DNA of 64,000 nt from an uncultured Gammaproteobacteria bacterium (GTDB lineage Bacteria; Patescibacteriota; Patescibacteriia; Magasanikbacterales; GCA-002688135): positions 1,982 to 65,981 of the forward strand of contig CAZHVT010000002.1 in assembly GCA_964536205.1 (NCBI GenBank), in the 5' to 3' direction. Under the pieces are notes generated by a model. It was not told where the DNA came from. It saw nothing but the letters and a program-made list of their open reading frames with translations, and searched no databases. Positions 27,574 to 37,290 of this stretch are shown here, piece by piece. The position numbers were made by a program, and so were the translations under genes. Position 1 is the stretch's first letter. Every line of letters begins with the position of its first letter.

Positions 27574-29424
27574 ATGAAATCACTCTACAAAGTTTCAGGA
27601 GTGATGGCGGTTGTGATATTACTCACAACGGTCGGTTTTTTTATTGGATTGCAAAATCCGGAGAAAACAGTGGTAGCAGAAACAAAAAAAGTAAGCAATA
27701 TCAAAGTTCAGACAGTCCAGGTAAAACGCTCTGTTTCAGATCGTCAACATAACTCCGCAAAGCAACCATCAGGATATTATCAGATGTTTTATGACCGCGC
27801 ATTGCCAACACCAAAAATCGATCAAGATATCCGTGTTGGAATCGTACCGCATCATCTATTAGTAGGTAGGTATATCGCATCTGCATTTAACGGAATGTCA
27901 TCCAAAAAAATAAAACGCGTAGTGCTCATAAGTCCAGATCATTTTGCGCGCGGAAAAACACGAGTTTCAGCTACGGTGCATCCATGGGAAACTCCATTTG
28001 GAAAATTATTGCCCGACACAAAATATATAGAATCGTTGGTGAATCATGCAGGAGTATATATCGATCCAGAACCATTTGATGGAGAACATGGAATCAGCGG
28101 GCTCGTACCATTTGTAAAAAAATCATTTCCGAACGCAAAAATAGTTCCAATTGTTGTGAGAGATGATTTATCAGAAGATGGGGAACAAAGACTTGCGCGA
28201 GCATTAGGAAATATTGATGATAAAACAATCATCATTGGATCATTCGATTTCTCACATTACGTTCCGCACAATGCAGCAGAATTTCATGACGCCACATCAC
28301 AAACAGTGTTAGAACTTCTCGATCATGAAACCGCGCGAAGATTAGATATCGATTCACAGCCAGGACTCGCAATTGTATTACGAGCAGCAAAACGACTCAA
28401 CGCACCACACTGGAATCAAGTATTGCATGCAAGTTCTGCGTCACTCAGTGAAAATCATGACACAAAAGAAAATACAAGTTACTTCGCGGGATATTTCACG
28501 AGCGGGCCAATTCCATGGCATGACAAAATCACCATGCATTTTTTCGGAGATATGATGTTTGATCGCGGCGTGCGCAATCTCATGGAAAAACATGGAAATG
28601 ATTATGTATTCCAAAATGTAGAACGTTTCATGATGGGATCAGATGTGGTTATCGGAAATTTGGAGGGTGCAATTACCACAAACAAATCAATAGCTGGAAA
28701 CCTCTCTCCACTATTATTTACATTCGATCCATCCGTCGCAGCGACAATGAAAAAATTCGGCATTACAGATGTAAGTTTGGCGAACAACCACTCAAGAAAT
28801 TTCGGACAAGATGGCCTCGATCAAACAAAACATTATTTAACAAAAGAAGGAATCAGATATTTCGGCGATCAAATCAACGAAGAGAATATTTCGTATTGGA
28901 CAGAAGTTCGTGGAACAAAAATCGGCTGGGTAGGATTTAGTGCATTTGGAGGAAAACAAAATGACGTGATTGATGAAATTCGAAGATTGCGAAACGAGGT
29001 AGATGTATTGGTCGTCATGCCGCACTGGGGAGCAGAATATAAATTAGTACATGGAAGATCACAAACTCGATTAGCTCATACGTTTATCGATTCTGGTGCT
29101 GACATGGTAATTGGAGCGCACCCACATGTCATCCAACCCATGGAAATCTACAAAGGAAAACCAATTTTCTATTCACTCGGAAATTTCGTGTTCGATCAAT
29201 ATTTTTCAAAAGATGTCACGGTAGGGTTAAGTGTTGGGGTTGAATGGGAACACAATAAAATGAAATTAAGATTATTTGTGTTACAAAACAATCAAGGAGA
29301 GATAGATCTTGCAACGCCAGAAAAACGTGATGAAATTTTAAAAAGAATATCAAAAACTTCGATTGTATCGCCTGAAGTTTCTACGCAAATTAGAAGTGGT
29401 GTGATACACTTAGAAAAAGAATAA
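27574..29424 (+). CDS. Exported MEMO1 (AmmeMemoRadiSam protein B)-CapA/PGA_cap metallophosphoesterase fusion
   Basis: IVPHH, SPDHF, EHGI, DFSHY (MEMO1); GDMMFDR, NLEG, LANNH, PHWGAEY, GAHPHV, YSLGNFVFDQ (CapA); N-terminal TM. Confidence 0.9.
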   Translation: MKSLYKVSGVMAVVILLTTVGFFIGLQNPEKTVVAETKKVSNIKVQTVQVKRSVSDRQHNSAKQPSGYYQMFYDRALPTPKIDQDIRVGIVPHHLLVGRYIASAFNGMSSKKIKRVVLISPDHFARGKTRVSATVHPWETPFGKLLPDTKYIESLVNHAGVYIDPEPFDGEHGISGLVPFVKKSFPNAKIVPIVVRDDLSEDGEQRLARALGNIDDKTIIIGSFDFSHYVPHNAAEFHDATSQTVLELLDHETARRLDIDSQPGLAIVLRAAKRLNAPHWNQVLHASSASLSENHDTKENTSYFAGYFTSGPIPWHDKITMHFFGDMMFDRGVRNLMEKHGNDYVFQNVERFMMGSDVVIGNLEGAITTNKSIAGNLSPLLFTFDPSVAATMKKFGITDVSLANNHSRNFGQDGLDQTKHYLTKEGIRYFGDQINEENISYWTEVRGTKIGWVGFSAFGGKQNDVIDEIRRLRNEVDVLVVMPHWGAEYKLVHGRSQTRLAHTFIDSGADMVIGAHPHVIQPMEIYKGKPIFYSLGNFVFDQYFSKDVTVGLSVGVEWEHNKMKLRLFVLQNNQGEIDLATPEKRDEILKRISKTSIVSPEVSTQIRSGVIHLEKE

Positions 29425-29457
29425 AGAATAAGAAGTAAGAAGTAAGAAGTAAGAATT
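29421..29457 (+). repeat. Heptamer tandem repeat (AAGAAGT/AAGAAT)n
   Basis: AAAGAATAAGAAGTAAGAAGTAAGAAGTAAGAAT; similar run at ~4367-4393. Confidence 0.75.
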
Positions 29458-29461
29458 TTAT

Positions 29462-31534
29462 ATGCACAATCAACTCGAAAACAATCCACACGAAAGTGGG
29501 CCAAACCAGGGAATGACTCCAGCTAAATGGGCGCTCGTCGGAGTCGCTGCGATAATTGGAATCGCCACGATTGTCGGTGGAGGTTTTTATATCGGGAAAA
29601 AAGTAGCCGAGCGAGACACAGTAACTACAAAAAAAGAAGGAAAAACAATCACTCCAAAGAAAACAGTTCAAGAAGATCCAGAGCTTGGATTTCCTGTGGT
29701 TGGTGAGCCACTGGGTTCATACAAATTTAAAGTATGCAAGCAACTTCCTGATAACAACACCGTGTATGCGGTGACATCCAGATTTGCACAACATGAACCT
29801 TTTCATGTGATATACGACGAACATTCAAATCAACTTCAAATCGATGAAGAATTTTATCCTATTACGCGTTTTCATGGCGATGAGAGTGCATCAATTGTAG
29901 ATTGCAAGTTAACAACAGAAAAATACTTTTTATCCGTAGTTGATGCTGAATTACCAGAAATACAAGTAAGAACATCGAAGCCTGAACCATCAGAACCGGA
30001 AGATGAGAAAAAAAATTCAGAGCAGGTTGTTACAGAAGTTCATGGTGCAAAAATACAACTTGAAGATATTACGTGGCAAGATAGGACAGAAGTAGAGCAA
30101 TCGCTGGTACTGAACAATCCAGAGCATTATACAGCGTACAAGGTTGGTATGGTTAATTCCGGCGAGTTCGCGGGATATGAATTGCATTACACAAATGTAC
30201 CGTGTGAATGTATGATCGGATATCCACCATGGGTGATGCTTAAAAAAGGTGATGAGCTCCGCGTTCTCAAAGAATATTCTGTAGATTCCGGACCGGATTT
30301 TGCATATAACGATAGGTTTAATTCGTACATCTTAGATCATCGACTTACTATTTCAGATTTAGTTGCTCCATACAGTATTGAATTACCGGATCTCAACACA
30401 ACATTAAAGCAGGAACGTGTTCGATTATCTGATCATAACACTGAGATACTTTTTGATGCTGCAAACATGGAGTTGTGGCGACCACACCCAGAAGTTGGAA
30501 ACATATATGTAGAAAAAACTCATCGCACCGGAGCATTTATTCTGAAAATGCCAGACGGTACAGTAGCGGAATATTCGTACCAAATCCCATTTCAAAAGGC
30601 AGATACGACAAGTGTGAGTTTTGGTGAAGTGCAAAATTTTGTGGCGTATGAGCATGGTAGTGTGGGAGGCTGTGGTTGGATGGGGTATGCTGACGTAGTA
30701 AAAGCAGATGAGGTAAGTATTCCAAAGGATCTCAAAAAAATTGGGGAAATAAATTCTGGCATCGCAACTGAAATTACCCAACGTAATATTCTCGGATACA
30801 ATGACCCACAGCATCCGCAGTTACAAGAGTTATATGGCAACAGGTCAGGTTTCGCCGAAATCACAACTGGGAAAGAGTTGAGTTATGAAGAGTATCTCGC
30901 GTTGAACCCAGTATTCTTCTGGGTAGATCCATTCGGGCGTCTAACAAGATTTATTCATCCCGCGCTGCAAGTGATGGCAGAATGTGGTAAGCCAGTAATT
31001 TATCTATATCCGAAAGAAACAACAGATGTGTCAGTGCAAGTATATCCAAATGGCGGATTCACATTCACAGAGCCAGATTATGGAAGAGGGTGGAATGTAA
31101 CGGCGCAGCCGAATGGACAACTCACAAACCACGCAGATGGAACGCAGTGGCCATATCTGTTTTGGGAAGGTCATGGTGAATCGAATGTTCCGGTTGAGAC
31201 CAGAGGATTTGTTGTGAAGGCAAGTGAAGTAGAATCAATGCTTGAAGATAAATTAGGACAACTTGGATTAAACAAACAAGAAACTGCAGATTTCAATGAA
31301 TTCTGGGTACCAAAAATGCAGCACTATCCATATTATTTCGTGACATTCTACACAAACGAATTTTTGGATTCATTAGCGCCGTTAAAAGTTAATCCACAGC
31401 CAGACTCAATTATCAGAATCATGATGGATTACAAACCACTCATGCGACCAATCCGCGTACAAGAATTGCCGATAGTCACACCAGAACGAGATGGGTTTAC
31501 ACTAGTTGAGTGGGGAGGGGTTCTGCGAAAATAA
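29462..31534 (+). CDS. Membrane-anchored secreted protein with conserved C-terminal KPVIYLYP...EWGG domain
   Basis: N-terminal TM; CGKPVIYLYP, YLFWEG, FNEFWVP, VEWGG. Confidence 0.8.
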   Translation: MHNQLENNPHESGPNQGMTPAKWALVGVAAIIGIATIVGGGFYIGKKVAERDTVTTKKEGKTITPKKTVQEDPELGFPVVGEPLGSYKFKVCKQLPDNNTVYAVTSRFAQHEPFHVIYDEHSNQLQIDEEFYPITRFHGDESASIVDCKLTTEKYFLSVVDAELPEIQVRTSKPEPSEPEDEKKNSEQVVTEVHGAKIQLEDITWQDRTEVEQSLVLNNPEHYTAYKVGMVNSGEFAGYELHYTNVPCECMIGYPPWVMLKKGDELRVLKEYSVDSGPDFAYNDRFNSYILDHRLTISDLVAPYSIELPDLNTTLKQERVRLSDHNTEILFDAANMELWRPHPEVGNIYVEKTHRTGAFILKMPDGTVAEYSYQIPFQKADTTSVSFGEVQNFVAYEHGSVGGCGWMGYADVVKADEVSIPKDLKKIGEINSGIATEITQRNILGYNDPQHPQLQELYGNRSGFAEITTGKELSYEEYLALNPVFFWVDPFGRLTRFIHPALQVMAECGKPVIYLYPKETTDVSVQVYPNGGFTFTEPDYGRGWNVTAQPNGQLTNHADGTQWPYLFWEGHGESNVPVETRGFVVKASEVESMLEDKLGQLGLNKQETADFNEFWVPKMQHYPYYFVTFYTNEFLDSLAPLKVNPQPDSIIRIMMDYKPLMRPIRVQELPIVTPERDGFTLVEWGGVLRK

Positions 31535-31592
31535 TTAGAACAAGAACACGGTCATTGGACTGTGTTTTTGTATCTTGATAAGATGAGAACCT

Positions 31593-32252
31593 ATGAAAAA
31601 GATACTAATTCTAGTTGCGATTCTCGTCGCGGTGGGGGCGCTTGTGGTCGCATTTCAAAAGAAACCAAACAAGGTTTCAGATTACCCACCAAAAGACTTG
31701 GAGGACTTATATAATCAAAAGGAGAATAAAAAAGAGGAGCCAGTTGAGGCTAACTCAAATCAACCTATGGAACGACAAACTATCGTCATGAAGACGAATC
31801 AAGGAGATATCACTATCGAATTATTTAATGATAAATCGCCAAAGACAGTAGAAAATTTTGTGAAGTTAGCGAAAGATGGATTTTATGATGGAACACGTTT
31901 TCATCGTGTGATAAAAGATTTCATGATTCAAGGCGGAGATCCACAATCAAAAGATCTCGATCTCGCAGACAGATGGGGGACTGGCGGGCCAGGCTATCAA
32001 TTCGAAGATGAATTTAATGATGAGAAATTAGTTCGTGGTTCACTTGCGATGGCAAACTCCGGGCCAAACACAAACGGCTCACAATTTTTCATCGTGACAC
32101 TTGATGCAACACCGTGGCTAGATGGGATGCATACAAATTTCGGAATGGTCACTGATGGATTAGATGTTGTATTAGGAATTGAAAAAACAGAAACTGGCGC
32201 AGGGGACCGTCCAGTCGCTGATATGCTCATCGAATCGATCGAGATTCGATAA
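31593..32252 (+). CDS. Cyclophilin-type peptidyl-prolyl isomerase with signal anchor
   Basis: PKTVENF, FHRVIKDFMIQGGDP, AMANSGPNTNGSQFFI, WLDGMHT. Confidence 0.96.
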   Translation: MKKILILVAILVAVGALVVAFQKKPNKVSDYPPKDLEDLYNQKENKKEEPVEANSNQPMERQTIVMKTNQGDITIELFNDKSPKTVENFVKLAKDGFYDGTRFHRVIKDFMIQGGDPQSKDLDLADRWGTGGPGYQFEDEFNDEKLVRGSLAMANSGPNTNGSQFFIVTLDATPWLDGMHTNFGMVTDGLDVVLGIEKTETGAGDRPVADMLIESIEIR

Positions 32253-32399
32253 TGACCAAGATGTGGTAATGACCAATGATCAAATTCCAAAAAACAAACA
32301 AAACTCAAATTCTAAATCCAAAACTCAAAAACTGACATTTGAAAATTGTAATTCGGAAATTGAAAATTCCGCACTACAAAGTAATTAGTCTTAATAAAT

Positions 32400-32978
32400 A
32401 TGAAGAATATATTAAAGATTATCATCTTACTACTCATCATGGGTGCGGTGTGGTATCTCGCATCTCCGCTATTCATCGATGAAGAAGTACATGAAGATGC
32501 GCCAGTTGCAGTTGAGACAGAAGTGAAAACAAATCTAGAAGAACAAATTCCAGATCCTGAAATGCGAGAAAAGCATGACAAAATGATGGAAGAAGTGGGC
32601 GAAGGAAAAGAAATGAAAGAAGAAGCGCCAGAAGTTGTGACCGTTCCAGCACCTACATTAAGCGGGTCATTTGCAGCGGTGGCTCATAAGGGAACAGGGA
32701 TTGCACGATTGATTCCGCAGGGCGAAATGAAATATGTTTTGCGGCTTGAGAATTTAGATGTGGATAATGGTCCTGATTTGCGTGTATTGTTATCTCCAAA
32801 CGCAGATGTGCGATCATCCGGCGATTTAGGGGAGTATCTTGAACTCGGAAAGTTAAAAGGAAATAAAGGAAATCAGAATTACGTTGTCCCAGACGGAACA
32901 GATGTATCACAGTACAAATCAGCAATTATTTATTGCAAACCATTTAAAGTTGTGTTTAATAGCGCAAATTTAAAATAA
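32400..32978 (+). CDS. DM13 domain-containing protein
   Basis: NGPDLRVLLS, LGKLKGNKGNQNY, IYCKPF; N-terminal TM. Confidence 0.9.
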   Translation: MKNILKIIILLLIMGAVWYLASPLFIDEEVHEDAPVAVETEVKTNLEEQIPDPEMREKHDKMMEEVGEGKEMKEEAPEVVTVPAPTLSGSFAAVAHKGTGIARLIPQGEMKYVLRLENLDVDNGPDLRVLLSPNADVRSSGDLGEYLELGKLKGNKGNQNYVVPDGTDVSQYKSAIIYCKPFKVVFNSANLK

Positions 32979-33006
32979 TCATCAATGTGTCATGCGAGCT
33001 AGAGAT

Positions 33007-33074
33007 TGTCATCCCGGCGTAGGCCGGGATCCACGTCTCTAGAAGCATGGATCCCGGCCTTCGCCGGGATGACA
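33007..33074. repeat. Palindromic REP-like element (TGTCATCCCG...CGGGATGACA family), copy 1
   Basis: Two inverted hairpin arms TGTCATCCCGGCGTAGGCCGGGATCCA / TGGATCCCGGCCTTCGCCGGGATGACA. Confidence 0.92.
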
Positions 33075-33081
33075 TTAAAAT

Positions 33082-34305
33082 ATGAAACACGTTGTTATTC
33101 TCGGAGGGGGGTTTGGCGGAGTGGAATGTTATCGAAAGTTAACTTCAATCGCAGGCAAAAAAGTCCGCATCACCCTCATCAACCGAAACAATTATTCACT
33201 CTTCACGCCCATGTTGCACGAAGTTGCAACAGGGTCTATTTCGCGTAAAGACATTGTGCAGCCATTGCGCGAGTTCGTGAAATGCTGCCACAATCGATTT
33301 ATTGAAGCGGAGGTCACAGGGATTGATGTCAAAAAGAAAATCGTCAAAACAAATGTGAAAGATGTAGAATATGATTTTTTGGTTGTCGCATTAGGAAGTA
33401 CAACAAACTTTTTCAATTGTGAGGGTGCAAAAGAATGTGCATTTCCGCTGAAGAATATGGATGATGCAATACGATTACGAAATCACATTTTAGAACAATA
33501 CGAAAAAGCAGCAGTCACAGAAGACAAAAAAGAACGCGAAGAACGCACATCATTTGTGATTGTAGGAGGGGGATTAACCGGAGTAGAAATGGCAGGGCAA
33601 CTCGCAGACTTTATTCATGAAATGCGAGAGCTGTATCCAGAAATTCCTAAATCAGTTCCAAAAATCACATTGGTTCACGCGGGAGAGAGAATTCTCCCGC
33701 GACTCGCACCTGTCTCAAGTCGTAAAGCAAAAAAAGTATTATCAAAAAAAGGAGTTGATTGTGAATTAGAAAATCGTGTGGTTCGCCTCACGCCAAAAGT
33801 AGTTGAGCTCAAGGATGGGACAAAAATTAAAACTCGGACAACGATCTGGGCAACAGGAATCAAATCTTCATTACCAGGAATTTTACCTGCAGCTCTATTA
33901 AGTGATCGTGGATTGATTGAGGTACAAAATGATTTAACATGTCCAGAATATCCAGAAATTTTTGGTGTGGGAGATGTGGTGGCTTGGATCGGCGAAAAAG
34001 CAAATCCTCCTTCAACTGCGCAAGCAGCAACACAAGCAGGAAATATTGCAGCACAAAACATTGTAGCAACTATAAAGAAAAAAGATAAAAAAGCATTTGA
34101 ATTTAAAAGCAAAGGAGATTTGGTGCCGATCGGCGATTGGTATGGTGTTGCAGAAATTGGCCGAATAAAATTTGGCGGGAAGCTTGCGTGGTGGATGCGT
34201 CGCACGATATTTATCCAACGTCTCTGGAGTTGGACAAATCGATTGAGAGTCGTTATAGATTGGACATTCAACATTTTCAGACCACGAGATACAAGCAAAT
34301 TATAA
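33082..34305 (+). CDS. ndh: Type II NADH dehydrogenase-like FAD oxidoreductase
   Basis: GGGFGG, FTPMLHEVATG, IVGGGLTGVEMAG, GVGD, TAQAATQ. Confidence 0.9.
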   Translation: MKHVVILGGGFGGVECYRKLTSIAGKKVRITLINRNNYSLFTPMLHEVATGSISRKDIVQPLREFVKCCHNRFIEAEVTGIDVKKKIVKTNVKDVEYDFLVVALGSTTNFFNCEGAKECAFPLKNMDDAIRLRNHILEQYEKAAVTEDKKEREERTSFVIVGGGLTGVEMAGQLADFIHEMRELYPEIPKSVPKITLVHAGERILPRLAPVSSRKAKKVLSKKGVDCELENRVVRLTPKVVELKDGTKIKTRTTIWATGIKSSLPGILPAALLSDRGLIEVQNDLTCPEYPEIFGVGDVVAWIGEKANPPSTAQAATQAGNIAAQNIVATIKKKDKKAFEFKSKGDLVPIGDWYGVAEIGRIKFGGKLAWWMRRTIFIQRLWSWTNRLRVVIDWTFNIFRPRDTSKL

Positions 34306-34371
34306 AAACCCGAAAGGGTTTTTTAAAAAACAACGAAAAATGGTATAATACCTGTCTTTAAGAAAAAAGAT

Positions 34372-35727
34372 ATGTTCGGGAGGAAGAAAAAAAAGAATAC
34401 CCATTCACATGGGAAAAAGGGTGTGTGTCATGTGATAGCAGTTGATATGGGATATGGACATGAACGTCCGGCAAATGCACTCAAAGACATTTCTCATGAT
34501 GGTGAAATTTGGGTTGCAAACAATTACAAAGGGATTCCAGCCAAAGATAAAAAAATGTGGAAGCAGGGAAGAGAATTGTATGAAAAGATTTCTCGACTCA
34601 AGCCCATCCCGATTTTAGGACATTACATTTTCGAGGCAATGGATCGCATGCAACAAATTCCGCCGTTTTATCCACATCGAGATTTATCAGAACCTACTTT
34701 TCAACTCAAGCAGCAGCATAATTTTATTAAGAAGGGATTAGGAAAACATCTCATTGAAAAATTATCAGAAAACCCTAAGCCACTGGTTTGTACATTTCCA
34801 CTCCCAGCATTTGCTGCAGAAATGTACGATTATCCAGAGGATATTTATTTGGTGTGCACGGATTCTGATATTTCACGCGCATGGGTTTCAGTTAATGCGC
34901 ACACATCACGCATCAAATATTTTGCGCCAACCGGCCGTGTCGTAGAGCGTTTACAAATGTATGGTATTCGTCGAGAAAATATCACGCATACTGGTTTTCC
35001 GATGGCAAAATCATTAATCGGAGGCTCTGAATCAACAATCATTAAAAAAGATTTACAACGAAGATTAAACAATCTCGATCCACATCGACGCTTTTTTGAT
35101 CGATATTACTCAACACTCGAAAGAGAGTTTGGAGCAAAATTCTGCAAGCGAGTAAAACCCCAAGCACCAACCATCGCATTTGCAGTAGGAGGAGCAGGAG
35201 CACAACGAGCACTCGGTATCAACATCGCAAAAAGCCTCAAAAAACAAATCATAAAAAAACAAATCAAATTAATTTTGGTAGCAGGAGCACGAAAAGAAGT
35301 TGCATCATATTTCAATAGAGAACTCAAAAAACTCAAACTAGATAAAAAAGTTGAAGTACTCTACGAAAAAGAACGTCGCGCGTATTTCAGAAAATTCGAT
35401 GAGAAATTACGACAAGTTGATATTCTTTGGACAAAACCCTCCGAACTTTCATTTTACACAGGACTCGGAATTCCTATTGTTATGTCGCCATCAGTCGGCT
35501 CGCAAGAAGAATACAATCGATTATGGTTACAACAAGTTGGCGGAGGTATAGCACAGCACGATGAAACCTATACAAGTGAGTGGCTATTCGACTGGATCAA
35601 CTCCGGAGCACTCGCACGCATGGCTTGGAATGGATATATCGAAGCTCCAACACATGGCATTTATCGCATCGAAGACACCATGCTCGGCCGCCCATCAGAA
35701 CTCCCCCCACACCCGATGATTGTCTAA
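34372..35727 (+). CDS. GT-B fold glycosyltransferase-like protein (MGDG synthase-like)
   Basis: VDMGYGH, TGFP, GGAG, ILWTKPSE, GSQEEYN. Confidence 0.7.
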   Translation: MFGRKKKKNTHSHGKKGVCHVIAVDMGYGHERPANALKDISHDGEIWVANNYKGIPAKDKKMWKQGRELYEKISRLKPIPILGHYIFEAMDRMQQIPPFYPHRDLSEPTFQLKQQHNFIKKGLGKHLIEKLSENPKPLVCTFPLPAFAAEMYDYPEDIYLVCTDSDISRAWVSVNAHTSRIKYFAPTGRVVERLQMYGIRRENITHTGFPMAKSLIGGSESTIIKKDLQRRLNNLDPHRRFFDRYYSTLEREFGAKFCKRVKPQAPTIAFAVGGAGAQRALGINIAKSLKKQIIKKQIKLILVAGARKEVASYFNRELKKLKLDKKVEVLYEKERRAYFRKFDEKLRQVDILWTKPSELSFYTGLGIPIVMSPSVGSQEEYNRLWLQQVGGGIAQHDETYTSEWLFDWINSGALARMAWNGYIEAPTHGIYRIEDTMLGRPSELPPHPMIV

Positions 35728-35896
35728 AAATCAAAGTCAGAGTTCGAACTCCGACTTTGATTTTTAAAGGATATCCACAAAAGGGTTGTATTTGTTGGGT
35801 TTTATGAGTATACTGGGTGACAAGGTTAAATAAAGGTCAACCGTGTTAATAATATTTAGATTTAAAAAGTCACATATTCATCTAATTTAAGAGATT

Positions 35897-36178
35897 ATGG
35901 CAAAGTTCACAAAGACGCAGATGCATCAAGCATTGGCAGATTTAATGGGAACAAGTAAGAAGGAAGCGGGAGAATTTTGGGAGAAGTTCGTAGAACTCAC
36001 ACTCGACCAAGTAAAGGGTGAGGGCGAAATGCCATTGCCAGGATTGGGCAAATTGGTAAAGGTTCACCGAAAGGCACGCATGGGTCGAAACCCAGCAACA
36101 GGAGAATCAATCCAAATCGCTGCAAAGACAGTTGTAAAATTCCGCGTAGCAAAAGCTGCAAAGGAAGCAGTTCTCTAA
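35897..36178 (+). CDS. hup: HU family DNA-binding protein
   Basis: LPGLGKL..RKARMGRNPATGESIQIAAK. Confidence 0.95.
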   Translation: MAKFTKTQMHQALADLMGTSKKEAGEFWEKFVELTLDQVKGEGEMPLPGLGKLVKVHRKARMGRNPATGESIQIAAKTVVKFRVAKAAKEAVL

Positions 36179-36237
36179 GAAAAATATTGAACTAAAAAAG
36201 AGATGCGAAAGTGTCTCTTTTTTGTTATACTAATGTC

Positions 36238-37284
36238 ATGTTTGGCAGAAGACGGCGAACAATTGGAGAAAAAATTCGTAGGCTTTTTTTCTATGCCATT
36301 CTTTTGGCAATCATCGGAAGTTTTATATTCTTTTTTGTCGGAAAAGCAGAGCCAGCTGAAAATATAAAATGGGGTGTGACATATGCAAAAGAATATTCAC
36401 AGTATTTGGGTTTAGATTGGAAAGAGATGTATCTAAGTATTTTAGATGATTTACAGGTTTCACATATTCGAATCGCAATCCCATGGAAAGATATTGAACG
36501 CGAGCAGGATGTATTTACCTTCGATGATTATCATTTCATGCTTCAGGCTGCCAAAGAGCGGGGTGTGAGCGTAGTGCCAGTTATTGGACATCGCACGCCA
36601 CGATGGCCAGAATGTCATACACCAGATTGGGCAAGTGCGTTACCAGAACGAGAGTTATCAGAACGCACGTTAATATTGATTGAGAAAGAAGTAAACGAAT
36701 TCAAGCAGTACGATAATATTGCGATGTGGCAAGTTGAAAATGAGCCGCTCGTAAAATTCTTTGGAAGGTGTCCTTCAATTGCAGCAGATTTGCTAGGTCG
36801 TGAAATTGAACGTGTAAAAAGTTTAGATGGACGACCTATCATGACAACAGATTCTGGGGAGTGGGGGAAATGGGGAAAGGCTTCGGCACAAGTAGATGTG
36901 TTAGGAGTCACTATGTATCGCTGGGTTTGGAATAAATTTCCAAAGTATTTCAAATATCCATTTCCACCGATTTTCTATGCGCGTAAAGCAAGTATGCTGA
37001 AAAAAGAAAATCCAAACCTACGTGTTATCGGATCAGAATTACAAATGGAACCGTGGCTGCCAGAGCGCTCATATAACGATGTGCCACTCGACGAACAGCA
37101 TATCACCATGAACCTTACACAGTTCAAAGAAAATATAGAATTCGCAAAAAAATCTGGTTTTGATGAGCATTATTTGTGGGGCGTTGAATGGTGGTATTGG
37201 ATGAAAGAAGTAAAAGGGGATGAGAGTTTCTGGGAAGAAGGAAAGAAATTATGGATTCAAAATGAGAGTGAAATCATTAACTGA
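36238..37284 (+). CDS. Membrane-anchored clan GH-A glycoside hydrolase
   Basis: RIAIPWKDIE, WQVENEP (acid/base), SELQMEPW (nucleophile), LWGVEWW. Confidence 0.8.
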   Translation: MFGRRRRTIGEKIRRLFFYAILLAIIGSFIFFFVGKAEPAENIKWGVTYAKEYSQYLGLDWKEMYLSILDDLQVSHIRIAIPWKDIEREQDVFTFDDYHFMLQAAKERGVSVVPVIGHRTPRWPECHTPDWASALPERELSERTLILIEKEVNEFKQYDNIAMWQVENEPLVKFFGRCPSIAADLLGREIERVKSLDGRPIMTTDSGEWGKWGKASAQVDVLGVTMYRWVWNKFPKYFKYPFPPIFYARKASMLKKENPNLRVIGSELQMEPWLPERSYNDVPLDEQHITMNLTQFKENIEFAKKSGFDEHYLWGVEWWYWMKEVKGDESFWEEGKKLWIQNESEIIN

Positions 37285-37290
37285 TAACTT

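Noticed and set aside
33006-33248. ORF beginning MSSRRRPGST...WIPAFAGMT
   Set aside because: Translation of the palindromic repeat, running out of frame into ndh
35726-35764. Long palindrome AAAAATCAAAGTCAGAGTTCGAACTCCGACTTTGATTTTT as a mobile element
   Set aside because: Single copy in the window directly after a stop codon; a terminator is sufficient explanation
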